This document shows, one piece after another, positions 51,531 through 61,017 of a stretch of 64,000 nucleotides of DNA. Location: positions 2,852,616-2,916,615 of the forward strand of contig OZ241853.1 in assembly GCA_965202685.1 (NCBI GenBank), read 5' to 3'. The position numbers were made by a program, and so were the translations under genes. Source of the DNA: Gammaproteobacteria bacterium. Lineage in GTDB: Bacteria > Pseudomonadota > Gammaproteobacteria > Eutrophobiales > Eutrophobiaceae. The notes below the pieces were generated by a model. That model was not told the origin of the DNA, ran no database searches, and saw only the letters and a list, made by a program, of their open reading frames with translations. How positions within the stretch are numbered: position 1 is the stretch's first letter; each line of letters begins with the position of its first letter.

Positions 51531-52775
51531 ATGACCAGGAGGCGGGTGGTCATCACCGGCCTGGGGCTGGTCACGCCGGTGGGAAACGCCGTGGAGGAAT
51601 CCTGGCGGAACATCCTGGCGGGGAAGAGCGGCATTGCGCCCATCTCGCATTTCGACGCGAGCGACCTGCCGGTGCGGTTTTGCGGGGCCATCAAGGACCT
51701 TGACCTGGACCAGTGGGTGCCTAAAAAAGAGCAAAAGAAGATGGATCCCTTCATCCATTACGGCTTGGCGGCGGGCCTGCAGGCGGTGCGGGATGCCGGC
51801 CTGGATGTTGAGCAAGGGGGGGTCAACCCTCACGATGTGGGAGTCGCCATAGGCTCCGGCATAGGCGGCTTGCCAGGCATAGAGAAGGGGACCATGACCC
51901 TGTTGAACCATGGCCCCCGCCGGATTTCGCCCTTCTATGTGCCGAGCAACATCATCAACATGATTTCCGGCCACCTGTCGATTCGCTGTGGTTTCAAAGG
52001 CCCCAATTTCGCCATCGTGACGGCTTGCGCCACCGGCACCCACAACATCGGCAGCGCGGCCCGCCTGATCGCCCATGGAGAAGCCGAAGTCATGGTGGCC
52101 GGCGGCGCCGAGATGTCATCGACGCCCACGGGCATGGCGGGGTTCGCCAACGCCCGGGCCCTGTCGTTCCGCAACGAGGCGCCGGAAGCCGCCAGCCGCC
52201 CCTGGGATCAAGACCGGGACGGCTTCGTGCTCAGCGACGGCGCCGGGGTCTTGGTGTTGGAAGAGCTGGAACATGCCCGGGGCCGGGGGGCCAGGATCTA
52301 CGCGGAGCTTGCCGGTTACGGCATGAACGGGGACGCCTGGCACATCACGGCGCCCTCGGAAGACGGCGAGGGGGCCGCGCGTTGCATGATGAAGGCCCTC
52401 AACGACGCGGGGGTCGCCCCGGAGCAGGTTGATTATGTGAACGCCCACGGCACCTCCACCCCGGCGGGGGATGTCATCGAAAGCGACGCCTTGAAGCGGG
52501 TTTTCGGCGACCATGCGCGCCGTCTGCCCGTCAGTTCCACCAAGTCCATGGTGGGACACATGTTAGGAGCCGCCGGCAGCGTGGAGGCCATTTACTGCGT
52601 CCTGGCCCTGCGGGACCAGGCGGCGCCGCCCACCATCAACCTGGACAATCCCGATCCCGCCTGCGACCTGGATTACATCCCCCACGAGGCCCGGGACCTG
52701 AAAATCGACTGCGTGCTGTCCAATTCCTTCGGTTTCGGCGGCACCAACGGCTGCGTGGTCTTGAAACGCCTCTGA
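51531..52775 (+). CDS. fabF: 3-oxoacyl-ACP synthase II
   Basis: [29 protein letters not shown]. Confidence 0.97.
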   Translation: MTRRRVVITGLGLVTPVGNAVEESWRNILAGKSGIAPISHFDASDLPVRFCGAIKDLDLDQWVPKKEQKKMDPFIHYGLAAGLQAVRDAGLDVEQGGVNPHDVGVAIGSGIGGLPGIEKGTMTLLNHGPRRISPFYVPSNIINMISGHLSIRCGFKGPNFAIVTACATGTHNIGSAARLIAHGEAEVMVAGGAEMSSTPTGMAGFANARALSFRNEAPEAASRPWDQDRDGFVLSDGAGVLVLEELEHARGRGARIYAELAGYGMNGDAWHITAPSEDGEGAARCMMKALNDAGVAPEQVDYVNAHGTSTPAGDVIESDALKRVFGDHARRLPVSSTKSMVGHMLGAAGSVEAIYCVLALRDQAAPPTINLDNPDPACDLDYIPHEARDLKIDCVLSNSFGFGGTNGCVVLKRL

Positions 52776-52784
52776 GCTGAAACC

Positions 52785-53615
52785 ATGAGGGCCTTGGTGA
52801 ATGGCGAACCCGGCGACCTCATCTCCATCCATGACCGGGGGGCGCAGTTCGGCGACGGGGTGTTTGAGACCATCGCCGCGCGGGACGGAGGGTTGCTGTG
52901 CTGGGACGAGCATTTCGAGCGCCTTGAGGCGGGTTGCAAGTGCTTATCCATTCCTTGTCCCGACCAGGGCCTGTTGCACGCCGAGGCCCTGGAGCTCAGC
53001 GCGTCCGCGGCCTTGGCGACCCTCAAGATCACCGTCACCCGGGGCGGCGAGGGGCGCGGCTACGGGCCGCCGGCTCGGGCCGCCGCCAACCGGGTCCTGG
53101 CCCTGTACGACTGGCCGGACTACCCGGCGGCGCGGGCCCAGGACGGGATCCGCGCCTGCGTCTGCCGCCATCGCCTGGCGCCTAATCCAGCCCTGGCCGG
53201 CATCAAGCACCTGAACCGGCTGGAGCAGGTGCTGTTGCGCCAGGAATTGGCCGCCACGGAGTGCCCGGAGGGGGTGGCCCTGGACTTGTCCGGGCGCGTG
53301 ATCGAGGGGACAATGAGCAATCTGTTGCTGATTAAGGATGGCGCGCTGATCGCCCCGGACCTGTCCCGGTGCGGGGTGGAGGGGGTGATCAGGCGGCTGG
53401 CGCTGGCCCTGGGCCAGGCCGTCGGCCTGGAGACTTCAGTCCGGGATGTGCGGCTGGAGGAATTGTTCGAAGCGGACGAGGTGTTTTTTTGCAACAGCCT
53501 GATCGGCGTCTGGCCGGTGAGAAGCATCGATGACGCGAAGTATGACCACAGCGACATGACCTTGGCCCTGAGCGGGCAATTGCAAGCCGCCGACCGCATC
53601 GTCGCCCCGCCATGA
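52785..53615 (+). CDS. pabC: Aminodeoxychorismate lyase
   Basis: DRGAQFGDGVFETI, GIKHLNRLEQVL, EGTMSN, NSL. Confidence 0.95.
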   Translation: MRALVNGEPGDLISIHDRGAQFGDGVFETIAARDGGLLCWDEHFERLEAGCKCLSIPCPDQGLLHAEALELSASAALATLKITVTRGGEGRGYGPPARAAANRVLALYDWPDYPAARAQDGIRACVCRHRLAPNPALAGIKHLNRLEQVLLRQELAATECPEGVALDLSGRVIEGTMSNLLLIKDGALIAPDLSRCGVEGVIRRLALALGQAVGLETSVRDVRLEELFEADEVFFCNSLIGVWPVRSIDDAKYDHSDMTLALSGQLQAADRIVAPP

Positions 53616-54628
53616 AGCGATTCGCGCTGTTTTCGGGGTTGCTCGTCCTGTTGCTTGCCGTGGCCGGGGGATGGTTTTATGGAGAGGTGCGGGAAGAGTT
53701 GAACCGCCCCCTGGCCCTGAGGGAACCCGCCATCATCGCCATCAATCCCGGCGCCTCCCTGTTCAGCGTGGCGGCGGAGCTGAAGGAGCGGGGCTGGTTC
53801 GAGTACCCGGTTTATCTGACCATAGAGGGACGGCTACGCAATGTCGCCGGCTCCCTCAAGCCCGGCGAGTACCGGGTGGCGCCCGGCGCCACCGCCGCGT
53901 CCCTGCTTGAGACCATCGTGGCGGGCAAGGTGATGCAACACTCCCTGACCCTGTTGGAGGGCTGGACCTTCAGGCAGATCATGGCGGCGTTGCGCGAGCG
54001 CCCACAGGTGGAGAAAACCCTTGATTCAGACGATCCGCGGCGCGTAATGGCGGAGACAGGCTACCCCGGACACGCCGCCGAAGGGCGGTTTTTTCCGGAC
54101 ACCTATTATTTCACCGCGGGCGAGACGGATGTGGAGTTGCTGCGTCGGGCCTACCGACGCATGGAGACCGTGTTGGCGGAAGAATGGGAGCGGCGGGCCG
54201 GGGGCCTGCCGTATCAGTCGCCCTACCAGGCCCTGATCATGGCTTCCCTGGTGGAAAAGGAAACGGCGATGGATGAAGAGCGGGGGAAGATCGCCGGCGT
54301 CTTTGTGCGCCGCCTGGAGAAAAACATGCGCTTGCAGGCGGACCCGACGGTGATCTACGCCTTGGGGGAGCGTTACGATGGCGACATCCGGCGCAAGGAT
54401 TTGTCCCTGGATTCGCCTTTCAACACCTACCGCCGCCGGGGCCTGCCGCCGACGCCTATCGCGGCGCCTGGCCGCGCCTCCATACGCGCGGCCCTGCAGC
54501 CGGAGTGGGGGACAGCCCTGTATTTCGTCGCCACGGGCGATGGCGGCCACTACTTTTCGGACACCTTGGCGGAGCATAACCGCGCGGTGGCGCGCTATCT
54601 GCGGGCCCAGCGAGAGACGCAGCCATGA
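53612..54628 (+). CDS. mltG: Endolytic transglycosylase MltG
   Basis: EGRFFPDTY, ASLVEKET, LQADPTVIY, GLPPTPIA. Confidence 0.96.
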   Translation: MKRFALFSGLLVLLLAVAGGWFYGEVREELNRPLALREPAIIAINPGASLFSVAAELKERGWFEYPVYLTIEGRLRNVAGSLKPGEYRVAPGATAASLLETIVAGKVMQHSLTLLEGWTFRQIMAALRERPQVEKTLDSDDPRRVMAETGYPGHAAEGRFFPDTYYFTAGETDVELLRRAYRRMETVLAEEWERRAGGLPYQSPYQALIMASLVEKETAMDEERGKIAGVFVRRLEKNMRLQADPTVIYALGERYDGDIRRKDLSLDSPFNTYRRRGLPPTPIAAPGRASIRAALQPEWGTALYFVATGDGGHYFSDTLAEHNRAVARYLRAQRETQP

Positions 54629-55254
54629 GCGGGAAATTCATCACCTTCGAGGGCTTGGAGGGGGCGGGAAAAAGCACTCAGGCGCACCAGGCCCGGGACT
54701 GGCTGGAGACGAAAGCGCCCGGCCAGGCGGTGCTCACCAGGGAACCCGGCGGCACCAAGACCGGGGAGGCTGTCCGGGCGCTGTTGCTGCGCGACGCCCG
54801 CCTCAGAATGGATGGCCTCACCGAGGCCCTGTTGTTGTTCGCGGCGCGCCGGCAGCATGTTCAGGAAGTATTGGCGCCGGCCCTCAAGGCCGGCAAGATC
54901 GTCTTGTGCGACCGCTTCACGGACGCCACTTTCGCTTATCAGGGCGGCGGGCGCGGCCTGGACCGGCACTTGCTGGAGCGGTTGCAAGACCTGGCCCTGG
55001 GGGGGCTCAGGCCGGATTTGACCCTGCTGTTGGATCTGCCGGAAGAGCTGGGGTTGGCGCGGCTCCGCTCGCGCGAGAATCCCAAAGACCGCTTCGAGAC
55101 GGAAACCCGGCCCTTTTTCAGGCGCGTCCGGGAGGCCTATTTGGAGCAGGCGGCCCGTTTTCCCGAGCGGATCCAGGTCATCGATGCCGCCAGGCCCGCC
55201 GCCGAAGTGGAGCGGGAAGTGCGCGGCGCCTTGTTGGCCGCGGGGGTGGGCTGA
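54625..55254 (+). CDS. tmk: Thymidylate kinase
   Basis: FEGLEGAGKST, REPGG, CDRFTDATFAYQG. Confidence 0.97.
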   Translation: MSGKFITFEGLEGAGKSTQAHQARDWLETKAPGQAVLTREPGGTKTGEAVRALLLRDARLRMDGLTEALLLFAARRQHVQEVLAPALKAGKIVLCDRFTDATFAYQGGGRGLDRHLLERLQDLALGGLRPDLTLLLDLPEELGLARLRSRENPKDRFETETRPFFRRVREAYLEQAARFPERIQVIDAARPAAEVEREVRGALLAAGVG

Positions 55255-55255
55255 C

Positions 55256-56230
55256 ATGGTTCTCCCTTGGCAAGAGAAGCAATGGCGGCAACTCATGGAC
55301 GCCGTGGCGGGAGACAGGCTGCCCCACGCCCTGCTGTTGGCGGGGCCGGACGGCACGGGCCTGGGAGAGTTCGCCGCCGCGTTGGCCCAGACCTTGTTGT
55401 GCGAGGCCCCGACGCCCTCAGGGCCCTGCGGCGGGGAGTGCCGCGCCTGCGTTCTGTTCAAGGCCGGCAACCACCCCGACATTCGAACCTTGACCCCTGA
55501 CAAGGCCGGCGCGCCCATTAAGGTGGAGGCCGTGAGGGCCTTGATTGGCTATTTTCATCTCAGCGCGCAATACGGCAGACGCCAGATAGCGATCATAGAG
55601 CCGGCGGAAGGGATGAACCGACACGCCGCCGACGGCTTGCTGAAGACCCTGGAAGAGCCGCCGCCGCTGTCGCTGTTGATCCTGGTCTCATGCCAGCCCG
55701 CGCGCCTGCCGGTCACCATCCGCAGTCGCTGCCAACGGATGGCGTTTGACCCGGTGGAGCGGCAGGAGGCCCTGAACTGGCTACAGAAGCGTCTGGCGGC
55801 GCCCGACAAGGGGGGGGCCTTGCTCGAACTCGCCGCCGGGGCCCCTCTCAAGGCCCTGGAACTGAGTGAAACAGACATCCTGCAACAACGCCAAGCCGTG
55901 ATGAAAGACCTGCATGACTTGCGAGCCAGACGCGCCAATCCCGTCGAGATCGCGAAAAAATGGCAGGAATTTGACGAAGTCTTGCCTTGGTTGAGCGCCA
56001 TTTTCGGCGACATGGCGAAAACGCGCTGCGCGCCAGGGGACGGCGCCCAGGCGCGGGCCTTGGACAAGTTGGCGGAAGGTCTGGACTTGCGTCAGTTGCT
56101 GGCATGCCATGACCTGGCCCTGAAAAACCACTATCTGCTTGCCAAGACGGGCAATCTGAACCGGCAAACCCTGCTGGAAGAGCTGGTGGCCCGCTGGCAG
56201 AACCTGAAGGCGGCGCCCCGCCGCCACTGA
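55256..56230 (+). CDS. holB: DNA polymerase III delta-prime subunit
   Basis: LPHALLL, C..C..C zinc site, HPD, LLKTLEEPP, TIRSRCQ. Confidence 0.95.
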   Translation: MVLPWQEKQWRQLMDAVAGDRLPHALLLAGPDGTGLGEFAAALAQTLLCEAPTPSGPCGGECRACVLFKAGNHPDIRTLTPDKAGAPIKVEAVRALIGYFHLSAQYGRRQIAIIEPAEGMNRHAADGLLKTLEEPPPLSLLILVSCQPARLPVTIRSRCQRMAFDPVERQEALNWLQKRLAAPDKGGALLELAAGAPLKALELSETDILQQRQAVMKDLHDLRARRANPVEIAKKWQEFDEVLPWLSAIFGDMAKTRCAPGDGAQARALDKLAEGLDLRQLLACHDLALKNHYLLAKTGNLNRQTLLEELVARWQNLKAAPRRH

Positions 56231-56240
56231 GGCCCCCCTG

Positions 56241-57032
56241 ATGATCCAGCCCAAGCTTATCGATTCCCACTGCCACCTTCCCATGATAGAAGCCGAAGGG
56301 GGCCCTGCCGCCGTGATCGACGCGGCCCGGGCCGCCGGGGTGGAGCGCATGTTGTGCGTTGCGGTGGACAGCGCCACTTTTCCCCAGGTCCTGCAGGTCG
56401 CCCGTGATTTTGAATGCGTTTCCGCCTCGGTGGGCGTGCATCCGAACACCCAGGGGGAACCGGAACTCAGCGTGGAGACCCTCGCGGACTTGGCGAACGA
56501 TCCCCAGGTGGTGGCCATAGGCGAGACCGGGCTGGATTATTACCGCAGCGAAGGCGACCTGGAGTGGCAGAGACAGCGTTTTCGCCGCCATGCGCGCGCC
56601 GCCAAGGCGATTGGCAAGCCCCTGATCATTCACAGCCGCGAGGCCCGAGGCGACACCATCAGGATTTTGGCGGAGGAGAAGGCGGAGACCGTCGGCGGGG
56701 TCATGCACTGCTTTGTGGATGACCTGGACACGGCGCAACGGGCCATGGACCTCAATTTCTACATTTCCTTTTCGGGCATCGTCACCTTCAAAAACGCGCC
56801 GGAATTGCGAGAGGTGGCCCGGCAAGTGCCTTTAGAGCGCCTGTTGGTGGAAACCGACGCGCCGTTCCTGGCGCCCGCGCCCCATCGCGGCAAGCAGAAC
56901 GAACCCGCCTATGTGCGTTTCGTCGCCGAGAAAATCGCTGAACTGCATCAGGTTGAACTGGCGCAGGTGGCGACCGCTGTCTGCCGCAACTACGCAACGC
57001 TGTTCGGCGGCGAGCCGCAGACGCCGGCCTAG
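56241..57032 (+). CDS. TatD family hydrolase (YcfH-like)
   Basis: DSHCH, GVHP, IGETGLDY, HSR, HCF, ETDAP. Confidence 0.95.
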   Translation: MIQPKLIDSHCHLPMIEAEGGPAAVIDAARAAGVERMLCVAVDSATFPQVLQVARDFECVSASVGVHPNTQGEPELSVETLADLANDPQVVAIGETGLDYYRSEGDLEWQRQRFRRHARAAKAIGKPLIIHSREARGDTIRILAEEKAETVGGVMHCFVDDLDTAQRAMDLNFYISFSGIVTFKNAPELREVARQVPLERLLVETDAPFLAPAPHRGKQNEPAYVRFVAEKIAELHQVELAQVATAVCRNYATLFGGEPQTPA

Positions 57033-57121
57033 GGGCGGCAAGTTGCGGAGCGGAATGCTGAGCCGCTGAATCAGGATGCCATTGGTAGGATGTTGAAAAA
57101 GCGCATTATTATCTTTATTTA

Positions 57122-58252
57122 TCAAATAGATAAAGCTAAAATATCAAGCGCTTTGTCAATATCTTGATCCGGGGTGTAAAAGTGCGGGGAGAAGCGCAGG
57201 CCCCCGCCCCGGCAGGCGCACAGCACCTGCTTTTCCAACAACCGCCGATGCAGGGCCTGGTGGTCTGCGCCCTCAATCTGAAAGCTCACTATCCCGGCCC
57301 GGCGCTGGGGCGCCAGCGGGGTGACCAGGCGGACCCGGTCGATGTTCGCCAGCCCCGCCATGAGACGAGAGACCTTGGCCCTCAACGCCGCCTCGATCTC
57401 CTTGCAACCCAGCTCCTCGAACAGGCTCAGGCTGGCGGAAAGCCCGTGAATCCCCAACATATTGGGAGAACCCGGCTCGAAGCGCCGCGCGCTGCGGGCC
57501 GGCCGCCAAGACTTGGCGTCGTAGTCTCCTGGGCCTTCCACCATGCGCCAGCCGTGCTGATGCAGGCGCAATTCGTCCCGGACCGCTTCATGGGCGTAAA
57601 ACAGGGCCAAGCCCTCGGGCCCCAGCAACCACTTGTGGCCGTCGGCCATAACGAAATGGGCCTTTATGGTCTGGGCGTCCAGCTGGCAGGCCCCTAAACT
57701 TTGAATGGCGTCAACGCAGAACAGGATATTGCGCGAGGAGCAAAAATCCCCCAGGGCCGCCAACTCCAGCCGGATGCCGCTGCTGAATTGCACGGAACTG
57801 ACCGCCAGAACCCGAGTGCGCTTGTCGCAGGCCGCCATCAGAGCCTCTTCCGGGGCCGGGCCCCTGATGTTGACCTGCCTCAGGGAGACGCCGGGCTGGG
57901 CGTCCCATGGGATCCAGGTGGAGGGGAATTCCTCAGCCGTGGTCACCACATTGTCCCCCTGTTTCCAGCGCACTCCTGACGCCACGACGGAAATGGCCTC
58001 TGAGGTGTTTTTAAGCAGGGCGATGTCATCCGTAGAGGGGGCGTTGATGAGTTGCTGAAGTTGCCGGCGCAGTCGCTCTTCCTGTTCGATAAACCGCTGA
58101 TGGCGGCTGGAGCCGTGGACGACGTTTTCCGATGCGAAGGCCGCCACCGCCTCCTGGGCGCGTCGGGGCCAAGGGGCCACCGCCGCGTGATTCAGGTAGA
58201 TCAACCCTGGCGCCTGGGGAAATTCAGCGCGAATGAGAGCGTGGTCCAACAA
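57122..58252 (-). CDS. Class V PLP-dependent aminotransferase / C-S lyase-like
   Basis: YLNHAAVAP, VDAIQSLG, DGHKWLLGPEG, RRFEPGS, LRFSPHFY. Confidence 0.9.
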   Translation of the reverse strand: MLDHALIRAEFPQAPGLIYLNHAAVAPWPRRAQEAVAAFASENVVHGSSRHQRFIEQEERLRRQLQQLINAPSTDDIALLKNTSEAISVVASGVRWKQGDNVVTTAEEFPSTWIPWDAQPGVSLRQVNIRGPAPEEALMAACDKRTRVLAVSSVQFSSGIRLELAALGDFCSSRNILFCVDAIQSLGACQLDAQTIKAHFVMADGHKWLLGPEGLALFYAHEAVRDELRLHQHGWRMVEGPGDYDAKSWRPARSARRFEPGSPNMLGIHGLSASLSLFEELGCKEIEAALRAKVSRLMAGLANIDRVRLVTPLAPQRRAGIVSFQIEGADHQALHRRLLEKQVLCACRGGGLRFSPHFYTPDQDIDKALDILALSI

Positions 58253-59483
58253 ATTCCTCCGCTGCAGGGGCCCCGCCGCTTGCCGGGCTTTTATAAATTC
58301 TATTATGGCGGCATACTGGGGGCAGGCAACGCAGAGGAGACCGGCGCCCGTGCCATTGCGCGATCATTTTCCGATCTTTCAGACCAAAACCTATCTTAAC
58401 AGCTGTTCCCACGGCGCCTTGTCAAAAGAGGTGAGGGCGGCTTACCTGAGCTACTTGGAAGACCGCGACCGGCGCGGGGCCGATTGGGAAGATTGGGTGG
58501 GGAAACAGGAGGTCTTGAGAGGGGCCTTGGCGCGGTTGCTCAACGCCGCGCCCGGCGAGCTGGCCCTGGTTTCGTGTCTAAGCAACGGGCTCAACGCCTT
58601 GGCTAGCGCCCTGGACTTCAGCGGCCCCCGCAACAAGGTGCTGGTGACTGACTTTGATTTTCCCACCACGACCCAGATCTGGCGCGCCCAGGAGAGTAGG
58701 GGGGCGGTGATCGAGAGCGTGCCTTGCTTTAAGGGCGAATTGACCATCCCGACGGAGCGGTTTGCCGAGTGCCTGGACGAGTCCACCCTAATCCTGTCCC
58801 TGCCGCAGGTCTGCTACCGCAACGGGGCCAAATTGGATGTGGCGGCCATCGTCAAATTGGCGCGGGAGAAGGGGGCGCGGGTGTTCCTGGACTGCTACCA
58901 GTCCGTCGGCGCCATGCTCATCGATGTCCAGGCCCTGGATGTGGATTTCGCCGCCGGCGGCCTGCTGAAATACCTGATTTCCTCCTCAGGCGCGGCGTTT
59001 CTGTATGTGAAGGCCGAGTTGATTGACGCCCTGCGCCCCACCACCAGCGGCTGGTTCAGCCAGGCGGATGTCAACGCCATGGACAGCCGCCGAAACGCGC
59101 CGGCCGGCGCCGCGCGACGCTTCGAAAGCGGGACCCCCAATGTCCCCAATATCTACGCCGCCCTCGCCGGACTGGAACTCTTAGGCCAGGTGGGCGTGGC
59201 GGAAGTGGAGCGGCATGTGAAGACGCTGACCTCCGCCATCAAGGAGCGGGCGCGGGAGCGGGGCTTCACCCTGGGCATGGCGGGCGAGGACGCCGCCCAT
59301 GGTCCCTTGGTCACCCTGCGGAGCGCCGACATGCATCAGTTGGTGGCGGCGCTGGCGGGGCAGGGGGTCGTCGTCTCTTGCCGCGCCGGCAATCTCAGGG
59401 TGTCGCCGCATTTCTACAACAACTTAGATGATGTGGAGGCCCTGTTTCAGGCCCTGGAGCGGCGCCGGGACTTGTTGGCCTAA
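58233..59483 (+). CDS. Class V PLP-dependent enzyme (kynureninase / cysteine desulfurase-like); true start probably near 58305-58360
   Basis: YLNSCSHG, LDCYQSVG, LKYL, RRFESGTP, LRVSPHFYN. Confidence 0.88.
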   Translation: MRAWSNKFLRCRGPAACRAFINSIMAAYWGQATQRRPAPVPLRDHFPIFQTKTYLNSCSHGALSKEVRAAYLSYLEDRDRRGADWEDWVGKQEVLRGALARLLNAAPGELALVSCLSNGLNALASALDFSGPRNKVLVTDFDFPTTTQIWRAQESRGAVIESVPCFKGELTIPTERFAECLDESTLILSLPQVCYRNGAKLDVAAIVKLAREKGARVFLDCYQSVGAMLIDVQALDVDFAAGGLLKYLISSSGAAFLYVKAELIDALRPTTSGWFSQADVNAMDSRRNAPAGAARRFESGTPNVPNIYAALAGLELLGQVGVAEVERHVKTLTSAIKERARERGFTLGMAGEDAAHGPLVTLRSADMHQLVAALAGQGVVVSCRAGNLRVSPHFYNNLDDVEALFQALERRRDLLA

Positions 59484-59485
59484 AG

Positions 59486-59716
59486 TTTTAGCTTGTTAGT
59501 TTTCCGCCATGCGTCCTGGCGTTTCTTTGCTCGGTCGGTCATGTGCTATTTGCACACTCCCTTCCTCGCTCATCACGCCAGTTGCCTGACGAAAAACTTC
59601 CGTCGCTAAAACAGTGGTCAATGCGCCAGTTGCCTAACGAAAAATTTCCGTCGCCAAAAAGTGGTCAATGTGCCGCTTGCCTGACGAAAAACTAACAAGC
59701 TAAAAACAAGCTAAAA
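59486..59716. mobile_element. MITE-like (ERIC/IRU-like) element with terminal inverted repeats and internal tandem duplications
   Basis: TIRs TTTTAGCTTGTTAGTTTTC / GAAAAACTAACAAGCTAAAA; three copies of cgccagttgcctgacgaaaaa inside. Confidence 0.75.
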
Positions 59717-59720
59717 AAAT

Positions 59721-59749
59721 TTGACAGGGCTAAATGGGCGTCCTACACT
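59721..59749 (+). promoter_or_regulatory. sigma70 promoter of the DUF1640-like gene
   Basis: TTGACA-17-TACACT. Confidence 0.75.
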
Positions 59750-59893
59750 CCCCGTTGCGTCCCGAACAGCTCGGCTTCTGGCCTGCTGATTGGGACCACG
59801 GGTTGTCCCTAATTAGGGGCATTTAAGCGGATGGCAAGGAATTCCGCGCCGAAACCGGCCTGGAAACTTGCCTTTGTTTAGAGGTGCAGAACA

Positions 59894-60352
59894 ATGCAAG
59901 CTAATCAAGCTAATGTGACTTTCAACACTCACAAGGCGGTAAAAGCCTTGAAAAGCTCGGGATTTGACGAAAAGCAAGCTGAGACGGTCGTGGAAACCAT
60001 AGACAAAGCGGTCAATGAGACGGTGGCCACCAAGTCCGATCTTGCGCTCTTGGCCACCAAGGAAGAGCTTGGGTCCCTGGCCGCCAAGATGGCCACCAAG
60101 GATGAGCTTAAGGCCCTGGCCACCAAGGACGATATTAAGGACATGGCCACCAAGTCCGATCTTGAAGTTATGGCCGCCAAGATTGAGACCCTGGAAAAAA
60201 CTGTCGAGGGCATCAAGGAGAACATCGATAAAAACGTGGCCACCAAGACCGAGATTGCGAATCTTGAGACGCGGATGATGAGAATGATGTTGCTCCAAAC
60301 GCTGGTTTTGGTCGGTCTGCTCATCCCCGTGATTGCCAAACTCTTGCTGTAA
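59894..60352 (+). CDS. DUF1640/CCDC90-like (mempromCC) membrane-anchored coiled-coil protein
   Basis: FNTHKAVKALKSSGFDEKQAE head, six ATKx(D/E)(L/I) repeats, C-terminal TM helix; GAGGTG SD. Confidence 0.85.
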   Translation: MQANQANVTFNTHKAVKALKSSGFDEKQAETVVETIDKAVNETVATKSDLALLATKEELGSLAAKMATKDELKALATKDDIKDMATKSDLEVMAAKIETLEKTVEGIKENIDKNVATKTEIANLETRMMRMMLLQTLVLVGLLIPVIAKLLL

Positions 60353-60391
60353 GCAACCCGCGCCAGGCAAGCGGCGCGACAAACGAGGGCA

Positions 60392-60496
60392 TAGCTTGGG
60401 GCAGGGCTTTTAAGACCCTGTGCGGCCCGGATGGCCGCGCCGCGAGCGTCCAAGGATGGATTCACAGCGTGTCGCAAAAAGTCCGACCCCAAGCTA
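60392..60496. mobile_element. Second MITE-like element (about 105 bp)
   Basis: Imperfect TIRs TAGCTTGGGGCAGGGCTTTT / AAAAGTCCGACCCCAAGCTA with TA at both ends; GGATGG direct-repeat core. Confidence 0.7.
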
Positions 60497-60519
60497 GGCC
60501 CGCTCCGCCCCGTCTTCCA

Positions 60520-60912
60520 TTTTAGCTTGTTAGTTTTCCGCCATGGGACGCGGCGTTTCCTCGCTCGGTCAGTTTTAGCTTGTTAATTTTCCATTATCCT
60601 GCCTGGCGCTTCCGCGTTCAGTCAGTCATGTATTTCATGCACACTCCTTCCTTTTTAGCTTGTTAATTTTCCGCCATGCGTCCTGGCGTTTCCTCGCTCG
60701 CTCGGTCATGTGCTATTTGCACACTCCCTTCCTCGCTCCTCACGCCAGTTGCCTGACGAAAAATTTCCGTCGCTAAATGCTTGTCGCGCCAGTTGTCTAA
60801 TGAAAAATTTCCGTCGCTAAATGCTCCTCACGCCGCTTGCCTGACGAGAAACTTCCGTCGCCAAAAGTTTGCAATTTTCCGCCGTCCTGTCTGGCGCTTC
60901 CGTGTTCAGTCA
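60520..60912. repeat. Cluster of partial and rearranged copies of the 59486 MITE-like element
   Basis: TTTTAGCTTGTTA starts at about 60520, 60573 and 60653; 60653-60777 is nearly identical to 59486-59610; three ~45-bp right-end repeats follow. Confidence 0.9.
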
Positions 60913-61017
60913 AGCGCCCACGGCTTTTATTCACAGACAGGTCTCCCCCAGCTTGCGCCGCGGGAAAAATCCGTTATAATGCAACCTTTACCGCCACCCA
61001 GAAGAGGGGGGAACGCC

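Noticed and set aside
59486-60912. Repeat clusters as a CRISPR array
   Set aside because: Irregular partial duplications of a TIR-bounded element with no uniform spacers
60781-61017. N-terminal extension of the second TonB receptor
   Set aside because: It is derived from MITE repeats and promoter DNA; the signal peptide starts at ATG 61018
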